From: an uncultured delta proteobacterium
GTDB lineage: Bacteria > Desulfobacterota > Binatia > UBA9968
Direction of reading: 5' to 3'
Length of the DNA: 64,000 nucleotides
NCBI GenBank assembly: GCA_963745035.1
Contig: CAVUVW010000025.1
Coordinates: forward strand, 96,001-160,000
The translations under genes and the position numbers were made by a program. Below, piece after piece: positions 10,669-21,750 of this stretch (its first letter is position 1; each line of letters begins with the position of its first letter). The notes under the pieces are model-generated. The model worked only from the letters and a program-made list of their open reading frames with translations, made no database searches and was not told the DNA's origin.

Positions 10669-10718
10669 CTCAGTAACCCTCCTGCGCCTTCGCGATCCGC
10701 AGCCTTGAGGTTACTGAG
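10669..10718 (-). promoter_or_regulatory. Hairpin sequestering the ribosome-binding region; likely riboswitch expression platform
   Basis: mRNA CUCAGUAACC (10718-10709) pairs perfectly with GGUUACUGAG (10678-10669), directly before the AUG. An inner CUGCG/CGCAG stem overlaps the SD AGGAGG. Confidence 0.7.
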
Positions 10719-10719
10719 G

Positions 10720-10810
10720 TCGCCAGGCAACCCTGCTACCGTATTCCCGAAGGAACTTAGGCCAGTGGCTTTGCGTCCCACCCTTTCGAGTGGTTTGCCC
10801 TTTTCTAGCT
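10720..10810 (-). ncRNA. Cyclic di-GMP-I (GEMM-I) riboswitch
   Basis: Minus strand reads AGGGCAAACCACUCGAAAGGGUGGGACGCAAAGCCACUGGCCUAAG...GGUAGCAGGGUUGCC. This matches the GEMM-I consensus (GAAA tetraloop, GACGCAAAGCC junction, CUAA receptor). The G20 and C92 equivalents are present. Confidence 0.95.
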
Positions 10811-10834
10811 TTGAATTTTCTTTGAGCCTGCTAC

Positions 10835-10850
10835 CGCAATCCTCATACCA
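10835..10850 (-). promoter_or_regulatory. Putative sigma54 promoter of the riboswitch transcript
   Basis: TGGTATGAGGATTGCG has GG-N10-GC spacing. The predicted start (about 10824) lies just 5' of the aptamer. Confidence 0.65.
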
Positions 10851-11208
10851 GCCGATTGCATTCTATTCGAAGCCCTGAACGGTCTGAAACTGCGGCGGTT
10901 TGCTCTTAGCGAGCAAACTTACAAAATCCCAAAAAGCCGCCTGCCGAGCAATCCTTGTGCGGTTGAACAATCTTGTAAATGAGGCGGGGCGCGAAAAGCG
11001 AGGTCTTGAAACAGGACTCCGTGCGTGGCGAAGTCCTTAATCTCTGGGCAGAGATTTCACCGCTGAAGAAGTTCTTTCGCAAATTTTGCTAAGCTTGCAC
11101 ACGAATTTCCAGAACTTCTACCCAACGATTTTAGTCATCTCCATCACCGTGCCGCCGATAGCGGTCCGGTAAGACGCATCTTTCTCCGCTTGTGACTGGC
11201 CGGAAAAA

Positions 11209-14185
11209 TCAATCGATCTCGAATACCTCCACCATCCCAATTCCCGTTCCGCCTGCCACGTCGGTAACGATCGCGGTGTAGGCTCCCGGAGGCAAGCTCA
11301 CCACCATGGCCGACTCTTGCGCGCAATTGTCCGGCGGGGTCGCTTGACCCGGGTTGGGCTCGCAGGGATTCAAACCGGCGGCGATAATTTCTGCCGGCTG
11401 AAGATCTTGCCAGTTATCGTTGGACGCGATCACGGTCGAGCCGGAAAATAGTCGCAGAAAAGGATTCGGCAAAGTGCCGGGTACGAAGAACGGCGCACCC
11501 GCCATCGACGGCCCGCGCGCTCGCAATCCGACGGTTTTAACACTGCTCCCTTCAATGACAAAACCACCTATCAATACGTTATCGCCGGTCTCAACTCGCC
11601 CACGCGTAGAGATATTGATCAATTCGGATGGGCTCACACCCCCATCAGCTTCAAACACTTCAATCAACCCGATTCCGGTTGCGCCACCGAACCCGCTTTG
11701 AATTGCCGTATAGGCTCCCGGCGGCAGGGTGATCAAGATCGCCGACTCCTGGGTGCATCCAGGGGGAGCCGCCGATTGCCCCGGATTAGGTTCGCAAGGA
11801 CCCAAAGCCGTGGCGGCAATGTCCGCAGGTCCGCCACAGGCGAATCCCGTATTCGCGCATAGTGGGTCGCTAGTTTGCCAATCATCGTTCTGGGCTATGA
11901 CGGTTGAGCCGGAAAATAGCCGTAAAAACGGATTCGCTAACGTTCCGGGAATAAAAAATGGGGCGCCGCCCATCGAAGGTCCACGCGCCCGTATCAAAAC
12001 CGACTTGGGCGCGAGCCCTTCTATAATAAAACCGCCGATCATCACGCTGTCGCCCGTCAGTACGCGGACCCGTGTAGAGAGGTTGCTCAATGCCACAACC
12101 GCAGCATCATCATTGGCGATGGTTCCCATTCCCTGGCCATCGGCAATTGAAGCATTGCTCGAGCTGGTGAGATTCACAAAGAAGGTTTCATTCGCCTCAA
12201 TTGCCGTGTCCCCGTTAACGACGACCGTAATGTTCTTGGACGTTTCCCCAGGATTGAATGTTAGAAGCCCCGAGTTGCTTACATAGTCGTTCCCGGCTGT
12301 CGCCGTGCCATTGGCGGTCGCGAAATTCACTGTTATTGTCTGCGCAGTAGCCGTGGAAAACGTGACCGTAAACACCGCATTCACCGTACCTGAATTGCCC
12401 TCCGTCACAGTCACGTCGGAAATTGTAAGGCTTGGCAGAAAAGCGGCGTCAGCCTGGATAAGCCCGAATCCGTTGTCGTTATCGAATCCCGGCGCGCCCA
12501 TGTTGATCGCGGCGTTTTCCAGCTTGGCATAGACCTCAAACGGTGTCAGGCTCGGCTGATTTTCAAGCAGTAGCGCGGCAACCCCGGCCGCGTGCGGCGC
12601 CGCTGCGGACGTGCCAAAGAAATTAGGAAATAAAGTTCCATCAGTATCGGTCCCAAAGAACGTCGTGTCCGCGCCGTCCGGCGCGACGATCTCGGGCTTA
12701 CCCGCGCGTAAGTCGGGCGGAGCAAGGCGATTACCTGTCGGACCGAACAGGATGGGCGTCGTTCCTGCGGATGAAAAGGAATTCAAAACGGGCGGAGACA
12801 CGCCAAACGCGGGGGTATTTACGTACGCGGCTGCTCCGACGGCTTCCGCGCCCGCGGCATTGGCATGACCGTAGAGCGTGCCGCTATTGGTCGCGAACTC
12901 TTGGATTGTCCCGTCGAATCCGAACAGGACATACTTCATGAGCGCCGGGTTTGGTCCCTCGAAATTCGTGATCATGATATTGAAATCGGCAGTGGCGCCC
13001 GTGGTATTCACAAACGACAAAAACTCACTCGGGTCGCCCGTGCCGCCCGAGGCGGCAACGTTTCCGAGGGCGCTCTGGGCCAACACTTGAGTCGCGGTCG
13101 CGTTCAGTATGTAAACGTCAATATCGTTCGGCGATCCTGGAGCGCCGCTCACGGAGAAAGACGGAGAGTCCCACTGAAAGATCATGAGAAACCCCGCGTT
13201 GTTGGGTAAGGTAATCCGCTGGAAGACGTCCGTCCCGTTATCGCTGAAGTTGTGCGCGATGCCGCCAAAAAAAAACGGAGATCCGAACTCTCCGGATTTG
13301 AACACGGGCCCCGGTCGAAAGGCGCTCACGTAGGCGTTGCGGCCATTGTTACCCGCCGATGAAAAGTAAGACACCCCCGCGGCGACCACACTGTCGACGG
13401 CCTGGGCGATGATTCCGTCCTGGAACATCGGCTCAGCCGGATAGATGACATCATCGACGATGACTTTCGCGCCGCTGTTTTTGAGCGCGACGATATTGTT
13501 CGCGAAGTTTGCCTGTCCTCGCGAAAGCGGTCGCAAATGCGAGGGAAGCTCCGGGAGCGACGTCGTGAACGATCTGCAGCATCGCCCGACCCTCATCAGT
13601 GCCGGACGAGCTACAGCCCGGCTCTTCCTGAAGCACGGTTACAGGCGGGAGATCGCCGCTCGTCATGTCCGCCCCGGCGCCACCCAGGCAGTTGAAACTA
13701 TCCGACAGCACTCCGACCATGACGCCGGACCCGGTGACCCCAAACGTTGTGCGCGCCACGCTGGAGCGCTGCGCTGCGTCGCCTTGGCTGGTCACGCTGC
13801 CCACGTTGGTGATCGCCAGCGGCGGCCGGGCAAATTGCAAACTCCTTAACGTCGCCAGATTGGCAATACTGGATACCGGCAGGTGACCCGAGACAATGCG
13901 ACCGAACGCTACGGCATCCACCATGCCCAGTCTCATTAACTCAGACCTGAGCTCGTTGACGTCGTCGGCCGCAGTCGCGTCGATTGCCACCCGATTGTTA
14001 TCGACAAGCGGGACTAAAGGATCTTGCGAGGTGAAAGGACGCGTGCTTCGTTGCGCCAAATATGACGCATACCGCTCGTTGAGACGCGCCAGGCTGGGGC
14101 TCAGCTTGTTCACGGGCTTGCGCATCTGCGCGTTGGCGCCGCCGGTAAAAAATACGAGCAAACCGATAAGGAGCCAACGTGTCAT
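11209..14185 (-). CDS. Secreted subtilase-fold peptidase (S8/S53-like, Glu in place of catalytic His) with prodomain, Calx-beta domain and two NISTR repeats; frameshift near 13520
   Basis: ORF 13451-14185 carries the signal, prodomain, VGVLSDSF and TDEGRAMLQIVHDVAPGA. ORF 11209-13596 continues with SSAGN, FFGTSAAAPHAAG, the Calx-beta motif LTISDVTVTEGNSG...DTAIEANETF, and the repeats. Confidence 0.85.
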
Positions 14186-14201
14186 GCAAAACCTCTTTCT
14201 C

Positions 14202-14675
14202 TTAGAAGTTCCACGACCCGGGTCCCCTCGGCAAAATCGTACGAGGTCGGCTTTTCTGCGTTAAACCGACCGCAGGTCTGGCGAAATTTAGACTGGATAG
14301 GCTTGTCAACTTGGGAATAGAAGAGATCGGCAACTGGCCGGACACCATGCGACCGAAGGTTACCGAGTTTTGCATGCCAAAAGCAACAAGATCGGCCTGC
14401 AGGGCGCTCGCTTCGCCGGCCGCCACGGCGTCTATAATGACCCGACCATCAACGATTTGGAGGAGCGTATTGCTGGAGCGAAAGGCGTTTTTGCCTTTGG
14501 ACGCCAAATGCGCAGAATACTCGTCGTGCAGAGCGATCAATTCCGGCGCTATTTTCGACGCGCGATCGCCTTTAGCTTGAGCGGAGCGGGACTCTGTTGA
14601 TGCGGTAGATGCGCAGCCTCCGGCCCAAGGAATCACTAACGCTACAAAAAGCGGCAGCCACAATGTCATGAGCAA
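14202..14675 (-). CDS. Lipoprotein homologous to the prodomain of the downstream peptidase
   Basis: Hydrophobic signal with lipobox-like AGG-C. RVIIDA...FGMQNSVTFGRMVSGQLPISSIPKLTSLSSLNFARP aligns with the prodomain RVAIDA...LGMVDAVAFGRIVSGHLPVSSIANLATLRSLQFARP. Confidence 0.85.
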   Translation of the reverse strand: MLMTLWLPLFVALVIPWAGGCASTASTESRSAQAKGDRASKIAPELIALHDEYSAHLASKGKNAFRSSNTLLQIVDGRVIIDAVAAGEASALQADLVAFGMQNSVTFGRMVSGQLPISSIPKLTSLSSLNFARPAVGLTQKSRPRTILPRGPGSWNF

Positions 14676-14916
14676 CCTTTGACGGCAGTAAAGTTCATCG
14701 GCTTCCGCGGTTTTCCGACGGAGGAAAATATGTTGAATTGGATCCGGCGGTCGCCGGTGACGTCAAATTGCGCGCCGCATCACCCAATACTTATTTCTGA
14801 CCATGACCGCTTGCCAGGACTTTCCATCGAGATTTTCACGGGATTGTTACCACAAGCACTATCTTTCGTATATTGAAAAATAGTAGACCATATATCATAG
14901 ACGTTTAGGCCAAGAT

Positions 14917-15813
14917 ATGCGCCCACGATCACTGCGGCTATCGATCATTATCCCGACAAAAAACCGCGCCTGGATTCTGTCCGAGCTGTTGGAGAGCATC
15001 ACCAGGACGGAGGAGATCGAAGAACTTTGCCCGGAGGTCATCGTCGCCGACAATAACTCGGATGACGACACGCGCGATGTCGTCGCCTCGGCGGCCGAGA
15101 GTTTTGCGACTGAGCTGCGGGTATTGGGAGTCGCAACGCCTGGAAAGTCGGCGGCGCTCAACGGCGCGGTCAAGTCGGCAACGGGCGACTTGATCGCGTT
15201 CCTGGACGACGACGTGATCGTCGACAAGACTTGGCTCGTGGCGGTGAGCGGTTTTTTTCGCTGCGGCGAGTATCAAGCGGCGCAGGGGTTGATCGGGCTA
15301 CAGGCGCCGGCGAAGGACGATCCGGAAATCCTCAAGCTGGTCGAGCGCTACCGCACGATTCCGAAACTCGATTACGAGCCCGATCTAAAAACCGTGCATT
15401 CGTTGAACGGCGCGAATTTCTTTGTGACGCGCGAGGTGTTCGAGCGGGTCGGCGGCTTTGACGAGCGCCTCGGACCGGGCGCCTCGGGCACATCGGAAGA
15501 CGTCGATTTTGCGCGCCGCCTGGCGCGCGCCAACGTCACCATCGGCTACGCGCCCGAGGCGATCGTGTATCACCGCGTCGACCGCGATCGTCTGACGGAA
15601 GAATATTTCAAACAAAGCCACAAGCGCCAAGGCGTCAGCCGTTTCGTGATGCGCCGGCGCGGCGCCGCGGCGATCGCGTTCGATCTCGCGCGCGCCACCG
15701 CCCAATACGCCTACTACAGCGCAATGGGGACGGAGCGCAACCGCTATCGGAGCAAGGGACGCATCTATCACTACATCGGCATGATGCAGGCGATGCACAA
15801 CCACCGCCGATAG
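14917..15813 (+). CDS. GT2 family glycosyltransferase
   Basis: Motifs SIIIPTKNR, VADNNSDD, AFLDDD, GGFDERLGPG, SEDVDF. Confidence 0.9.
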   Translation: MRPRSLRLSIIIPTKNRAWILSELLESITRTEEIEELCPEVIVADNNSDDDTRDVVASAAESFATELRVLGVATPGKSAALNGAVKSATGDLIAFLDDDVIVDKTWLVAVSGFFRCGEYQAAQGLIGLQAPAKDDPEILKLVERYRTIPKLDYEPDLKTVHSLNGANFFVTREVFERVGGFDERLGPGASGTSEDVDFARRLARANVTIGYAPEAIVYHRVDRDRLTEEYFKQSHKRQGVSRFVMRRRGAAAIAFDLARATAQYAYYSAMGTERNRYRSKGRIYHYIGMMQAMHNHRR

Positions 15814-15846
15814 ACGGCGGAAAGCGGCAGCGGCCTGCATCCCGCC

Positions 15847-18198
15847 CTAGCGATTGAGCGAGCTTCTGGTATTTCCCAGGCCCAACAGGCTAAAAGCGAA
15901 GTTAAAGCTCGTCTTCGCCGGATTGACGTCGCGTTGGACGCCGAAGGTCGCAGTCCAACACTCGCAGAACGACAGGAACTTGGTAACGACGCGAAAGCCG
16001 ATGAAGCGCGAATCGCGCGCATCATACGTGCTGTTCAACTGCATGAGCAGATTGTCGGTCAGGTGATAGAACATGGAGCCACCGATGTTGCCGACCGTAT
16101 TTCTGTCGAAACCGGTTACCGGACAGCGCGGGTCGAGGGGGTGAACCACACAGTCGGCGGGTTGGTCGAGGTCGATGTTGGCGTCGTCGGCGAGAAAACT
16201 GTTGGGGCCGCGGCGCAAGTAGTGATAACTCAGACTGAGCGAGTTAGGCCGGTTAAAATCGGGATCGAGGGTGCGGCGCAGCATCGGCCGCGGATCAAGG
16301 ATACTGAAGGTCAGTCGGGCTTGGGTGATTTGCCAGGCTCCCGGGTCGACGCCGCCGTCAAAGGCCACGTTGATGTAGGGCAGCGGCGTAGAGCGCAAAT
16401 TGATGTCGAGGTCTGATAGACTATCGCCGCCGTTTCTTTCCTTATCAATATCGTAACTCAGCGCTACTCGAAGCGATCCCATACGTAGCACATCGCCGAT
16501 CACCCCCGAACTCAAAAGTTCCGCGTCGCCCTCCGTCGAGGACGGCGCCGAGAGTCCGGTGGAAGTCTTGCCCCACAGCCGGTTGGTGAGCGCGAACGTC
16601 AGGACGTTGCGCCGCCTGATGCGATCGACGTCGTCCATGATCGGGATATTGTTCTGGGTGACAGACGGCACGAACAGATAACTCAGCTCGGGCTCGATCA
16701 CGTGCTTCACGCGGCTCAGTCCGAGCTTATTGAAATTAAATATCCGGCTGAGGGATGTGCCGACGTTGCCTCGCAGCTCGATCAACTCGCGGGAAATATT
16801 CCGATCCGATGACTTGACTGGTGAATACAGGTGATAGATGGTCCCGCGGGGGGCAGCGCTGAGCGCTCCAAAAAAACGCGACCCCAGGCGAAACGGCACC
16901 AAGAACTCCGGCCTCAAATCCAAGCGTACGCCGTCGCCCCCTTCGCGCCGAATATAATTGACCCCCTCCGCCCGCCAGCGGAACTCGAGAGGAAAACCGC
17001 TGAGGAAGCGGCGTCCCCAGAACGCGAGCTGCGGCGTGCGCTGCAGGGTGCCGGCGTCGGGCTGAATGAAGTCCTGATAGAAATTCCACTCGCCTTTGAA
17101 AAACGTATCGCCCCAGCTCTTGAACGTGCCGAAGCGCGATTCGCTGAAGCGGCTGCGCCGGATGTCCGATTCCCGGCGACCGGAAACGTCGAAGCGATCC
17201 ATCAGCTCGCGCGTAAAGAGATCGTCCCCATAGGCCGCAAAGTCGCTGAAGGTCAGCCAATCGGAAGGCGTCGTGTAGCGATGCGACCCGATGATGCTCC
17301 AGCGGTCTTGGGGTATTGTTTGATCGGCGATCGTGCGATTGACCACATCGCTTTGCTCGTTCTGGCGCATGTGCTCGTTGAAATAGGACGCGTGGATTTG
17401 AAAGTCCGATTCGCGATCGAAGATCGTGCGATACTCGCCCATGAAACCGAAACGCGTCCGGGTTTCGATATCGAACTCGACGGTGGCATCGGAGCTTTTC
17501 GAAATCGCCCAGAAAAACGGCTGCTGGAAGCGAAATCCGTCTTCCGAGGAGTGCCCGAAGCGGGGAAACAGAAAGCCGGTCTGGCGTTCGGTATTGAGCG
17601 GAAAGTAGCCGTACGGAAGATAGAAGACCGGCACATCGAAAACATAGAAGTAGCTGTTCTTGACCGTGCCGACGCCGTCGAGCGCGAGATCCAACTGCTC
17701 GGCGAAAAATTTCCACGAAGGCCGTCCGGATTCGCAGAAGCAGGTCGTGAAAAATCCGTCGTCGACGTGATAGGTCTGGCCGCCGAATTTTTCGAAGCGC
17801 CGTCCCGACATGCTGATATGTCCCTGCTCGAGAAACAGGTCGCCGTTCTCGATCACGCCGGTTTCCTGCCCTAGGTTAAACCGCATCGAGTCGGCCGACT
17901 TGACCTTCCACTCCGGATCATCGACGCTCACATTGCCTTTGGCTTCGACCTCCTGCGTCGCGTTGTTGAAGCGGACCTCGTCGGCCCTGAGAGTCGTGCC
18001 CTCGCGCTTGATCTCCACGTTGCCGCCGGCTTCGATTTCATTCGCGCCGGTGGTCGACAATCGATCCGCCTTGAGATTGATTTCGCTGTCCGGCGAGCGC
18101 GCGCCGCCGATGCCGAATTGCGCCGCTCGCAGCGGGCAAGCGACGGTCAAGCCGCCCACGGCAAGCGCTGCGATCAGGAAACCGATCTTCAGATTCAT
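15847..18198 (-). CDS. lptD: LPS assembly outer-membrane protein LptD
   Basis: Own ATG at 18198 with signal MNLKIGFLIAAL. OstA-like N-terminal domain. Motifs FTTC, VPVFYLPY, RQTGFLFP, PFFWAIS, KHVIEP and C-terminal CW. Confidence 0.85.
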   Translation of the reverse strand: MNLKIGFLIAALAVGGLTVACPLRAAQFGIGGARSPDSEINLKADRLSTTGANEIEAGGNVEIKREGTTLRADEVRFNNATQEVEAKGNVSVDDPEWKVKSADSMRFNLGQETGVIENGDLFLEQGHISMSGRRFEKFGGQTYHVDDGFFTTCFCESGRPSWKFFAEQLDLALDGVGTVKNSYFYVFDVPVFYLPYGYFPLNTERQTGFLFPRFGHSSEDGFRFQQPFFWAISKSSDATVEFDIETRTRFGFMGEYRTIFDRESDFQIHASYFNEHMRQNEQSDVVNRTIADQTIPQDRWSIIGSHRYTTPSDWLTFSDFAAYGDDLFTRELMDRFDVSGRRESDIRRSRFSESRFGTFKSWGDTFFKGEWNFYQDFIQPDAGTLQRTPQLAFWGRRFLSGFPLEFRWRAEGVNYIRREGGDGVRLDLRPEFLVPFRLGSRFFGALSAAPRGTIYHLYSPVKSSDRNISRELIELRGNVGTSLSRIFNFNKLGLSRVKHVIEPELSYLFVPSVTQNNIPIMDDVDRIRRRNVLTFALTNRLWGKTSTGLSAPSSTEGDAELLSSGVIGDVLRMGSLRVALSYDIDKERNGGDSLSDLDINLRSTPLPYINVAFDGGVDPGAWQITQARLTFSILDPRPMLRRTLDPDFNRPNSLSLSYHYLRRGPNSFLADDANIDLDQPADCVVHPLDPRCPVTGFDRNTVGNIGGSMFYHLTDNLLMQLNSTYDARDSRFIGFRVVTKFLSFCECWTATFGVQRDVNPAKTSFNFAFSLLGLGNTRSSLNR

Positions 18199-19524
18199 TT
18201 GGATGGGTTCAGGGGCTGCGCAGAGCGCGGTAGAAACTGGGCGCCGTTCGGGCGCGTGGCGATTTCTTCGACCATGGGACGGACTTCGCCCAACAAGTAC
18301 AACGATCCGGCGACGACGATCACATCCTCCTCGTTGGGCTTCATCCACTAGCGCGCGCAACGCCGCCCGGGAGTCGAAAATCACCCGATGAGGAATCGCT
18401 GCGCCGAGCTTTTCCGCCAACTGTAGGGGATCGGCGCTTCGTTCCATATCGACCTTCGTGAAAATCACTTCGTCCACCACCGGCACGAGCGAACGGAGCA
18501 TCAATTCCCACTCCTTGTCGGCCATGGTCGCAAACAGCAGCCGGACGCATCGGCCCTGACGGAAGGCGGTCAATTCGTCGACCAGCGCTTTTACGCCCTC
18601 GGGATTATGGGCGCCGTCAAGAATCACCGTCGGCCGTTCGAGCATGACGTCCAAGCGGCCCGGCCAGCGCACTTGCTTCAACGCCTCGCGCAGCGTGCTC
18701 TCGCTCACCGGAAATTGCCCGGCGATCAGTTCCAGGGCCGCCAGTGCCACCGACGCATTGGCCCTTTGATGACGCCCGCGCAGGCCAAGTTCCAAATTCA
18801 AAAAATGCTGTTTTATGCCTGTATAATCGAAGAGTCGGTCATCTTTCAAGGAAAATTTGAAATCGCTCCCCAGCGAGTATGCCGGCGCGCGCTGTCCGGC
18901 GGCGAGGTTTCGTAACAACTCGGAAACTTCCACAGAGACCTTGCCGATCACGGCCGGAATTTCCGGCTTGATGATGCCGCCCTTTTCGCGCGCGATGGAG
19001 ATCTCGTCCGGACCGAGATACGCCTCGTGATCCTTGGAGATCGTGGTGATCGCCGAGACGATCGGTGTGATCACGTTGGTGGCGTCGAGGCGGCCGCCCA
19101 AACCGACTTCGACGACCGCGACTTCGGCGCGGCGTCGGGCAAAATAAATAAAGGCCATGACGGTGACGAACTCAAAAAATGTGAGCGGCACATCGGCAGC
19201 GGCGGTCGCGCGCCGGATCTCTTCGGCGATCGCGACCACCTCGTCCTGCGTGATCTCATCGCCGTCGATCCGGATGCGCTCGGTGAAGGAAACCAAATGG
19301 GGCGATGTGTAGAGCGCCGTCCGATAGCCGGCGCGCGATAAAATGCCGTGCAGCATCGCGGCGGTCGATCCTTTGCCGTTGGTGCCGGCGATATGGATCG
19401 ATGGACAGGCGTTTTCCGGTTGGTCGAAGAGCGTGAGCGCGCGCTGCATGCGATCGAGGCGCAGATCGATCATCCCGCCGCGCAAATTATAGATTCTTTG
19501 AAGCGTCTCCGCGTAGCTGTCCAT
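18195..19524 (-). CDS. folC: Folylpolyglutamate/dihydrofolate synthase; frameshift near 18335
   Basis: Motifs HIAGTNGKGST, YTSPHL, EVGLGGRLDATN, WPGR, LDGAHN. The shifted frame gives EDVIVVAGSLYLLGEV...NPSK*, with the stop overlapping the lptD ATG. Confidence 0.92.
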
Positions 19525-19609
19525 GGCCTCCCCGCGGGAGATTGATCAAGCGGAATTCGAGGCAGGCGGAGCGCCGCCTGCAAGCCGCGCCGGCTCGGAG
19601 CCCAGGAGT

Positions 19610-20443
19610 TCACGGCGATGGCGGACGGCGTCCGCCGCGCCGAGCGCGCCGGATCGCCGTCTTAAGCTGCCCGATAAAAGCTCCCGCCTCTCTTGCCTTC
19701 GCGTTGCCCCCTTTGGCCTTTTCGATTCTTTCGACCAGGGCGCTGCCAACGACGGCGGCGTCGGCGAAGCCGGCGATCCACGCGGCCTGCTTCGGCGTCG
19801 AGATGCCGAAACCGACCCCCACCGGCAGCGCCGAAACTTTGCGCACCCGCTCCACCTGCGCGCGCAGGCCGTTCTCCAAAGAGCGGCGCGCGCCGGTGAC
19901 GCCGGTGACCGAAACGTAGTAAATAAAGCCGCGCCCCTTGCGCGCCACCAGACGGAGACGTTCCGCGCCGCTGGTCGGCGACAACAGAAAGATCAAGTCG
20001 AGTCCGGCGGCGTCGGTCCAGCATTGCAGCTCGCCGCTCTCTTCCGGCGGCAGATCGACGCAGAGCACGCCGTCGGCGCCGGCGGCGGCGGCCTGGCGGG
20101 CGAATGCCTTCACGCCGAAGCGAAAAATCGGATTGAAGTAACCGAACAGCACCACCGGCACGTTGGAGCCGGCGCGAAACTCGCGCACCAGGCGAAAGAT
20201 CGCGGGCAAGGAAATCGGACCGTTTTTGAGCGCGCGCTCCGACGCGCGCTGGATCGTCGGGCCGTCGGCGGTCGGATCGGAAAACGGAATGCCCAGCTCG
20301 ATGCAGTCGGCGCCGCTCCGTTCCAGGGCGCGCATGATCTTGAGCGTGGTCGCGAGATCGGGATCACCGGCGGTGATAAAAGGAATCAGCGCCGCTTCGC
20401 CGCGCGCTTTCGCATCGGCAAAAATTTTTCCAATCCGGCTCAT
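19610..20443 (-). CDS. trpA: Tryptophan synthase alpha chain
   Basis: Motifs ELGIPFSDPTADGPTIQ, YYVSVTGVTG, VGFGIS. Confidence 0.97.
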   Translation of the reverse strand: MSRIGKIFADAKARGEAALIPFITAGDPDLATTLKIMRALERSGADCIELGIPFSDPTADGPTIQRASERALKNGPISLPAIFRLVREFRAGSNVPVVLFGYFNPIFRFGVKAFARQAAAAGADGVLCVDLPPEESGELQCWTDAAGLDLIFLLSPTSGAERLRLVARKGRGFIYYVSVTGVTGARRSLENGLRAQVERVRKVSALPVGVGFGISTPKQAAWIAGFADAAVVGSALVERIEKAKGGNAKAREAGAFIGQLKTAIRRARRGGRRPPSP

Positions 20444-20450
20444 GGTAATC

Positions 20451-20546
20451 GTTCAACGGTTAAACCGTTCAAGGTTTCGACATTTCAATGCAGGCTCCTG
20501 AGTAAAATTAGCGTCCCTTGAACTGTTGAACCGTTAAACCTTGAAC
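20451..20546. repeat. Intergenic imperfect inverted repeat built from short TTGAACCG-like units
   Basis: GTTCAACGGTTAAACCGTTCAAGG (20451-20474) is approximately the reverse complement of CCTTGAACTGTTGAACCGTTAAAC (20516-20539). Confidence 0.6.
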
Positions 20547-20553
20547 GGACAAT

Positions 20554-21730
<1,177 letters not shown>

Positions 21731-21750
<20 letters not shown>

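Noticed and set aside
10720-10810. cAMP-GMP (GEMM-Ib) riboswitch
   Set aside because: The position-20 equivalent is G rather than A, indicating c-di-GMP.
15847-19524. Apparent 1225-aa FolC-LptD fusion
   Set aside because: The canonical FolC C-terminus (VVAGSLYLLGEV) is in another frame after about 18335 and stops with an ATGA overlap on the lptD start, which has its own signal peptide. This is an indel artefact.
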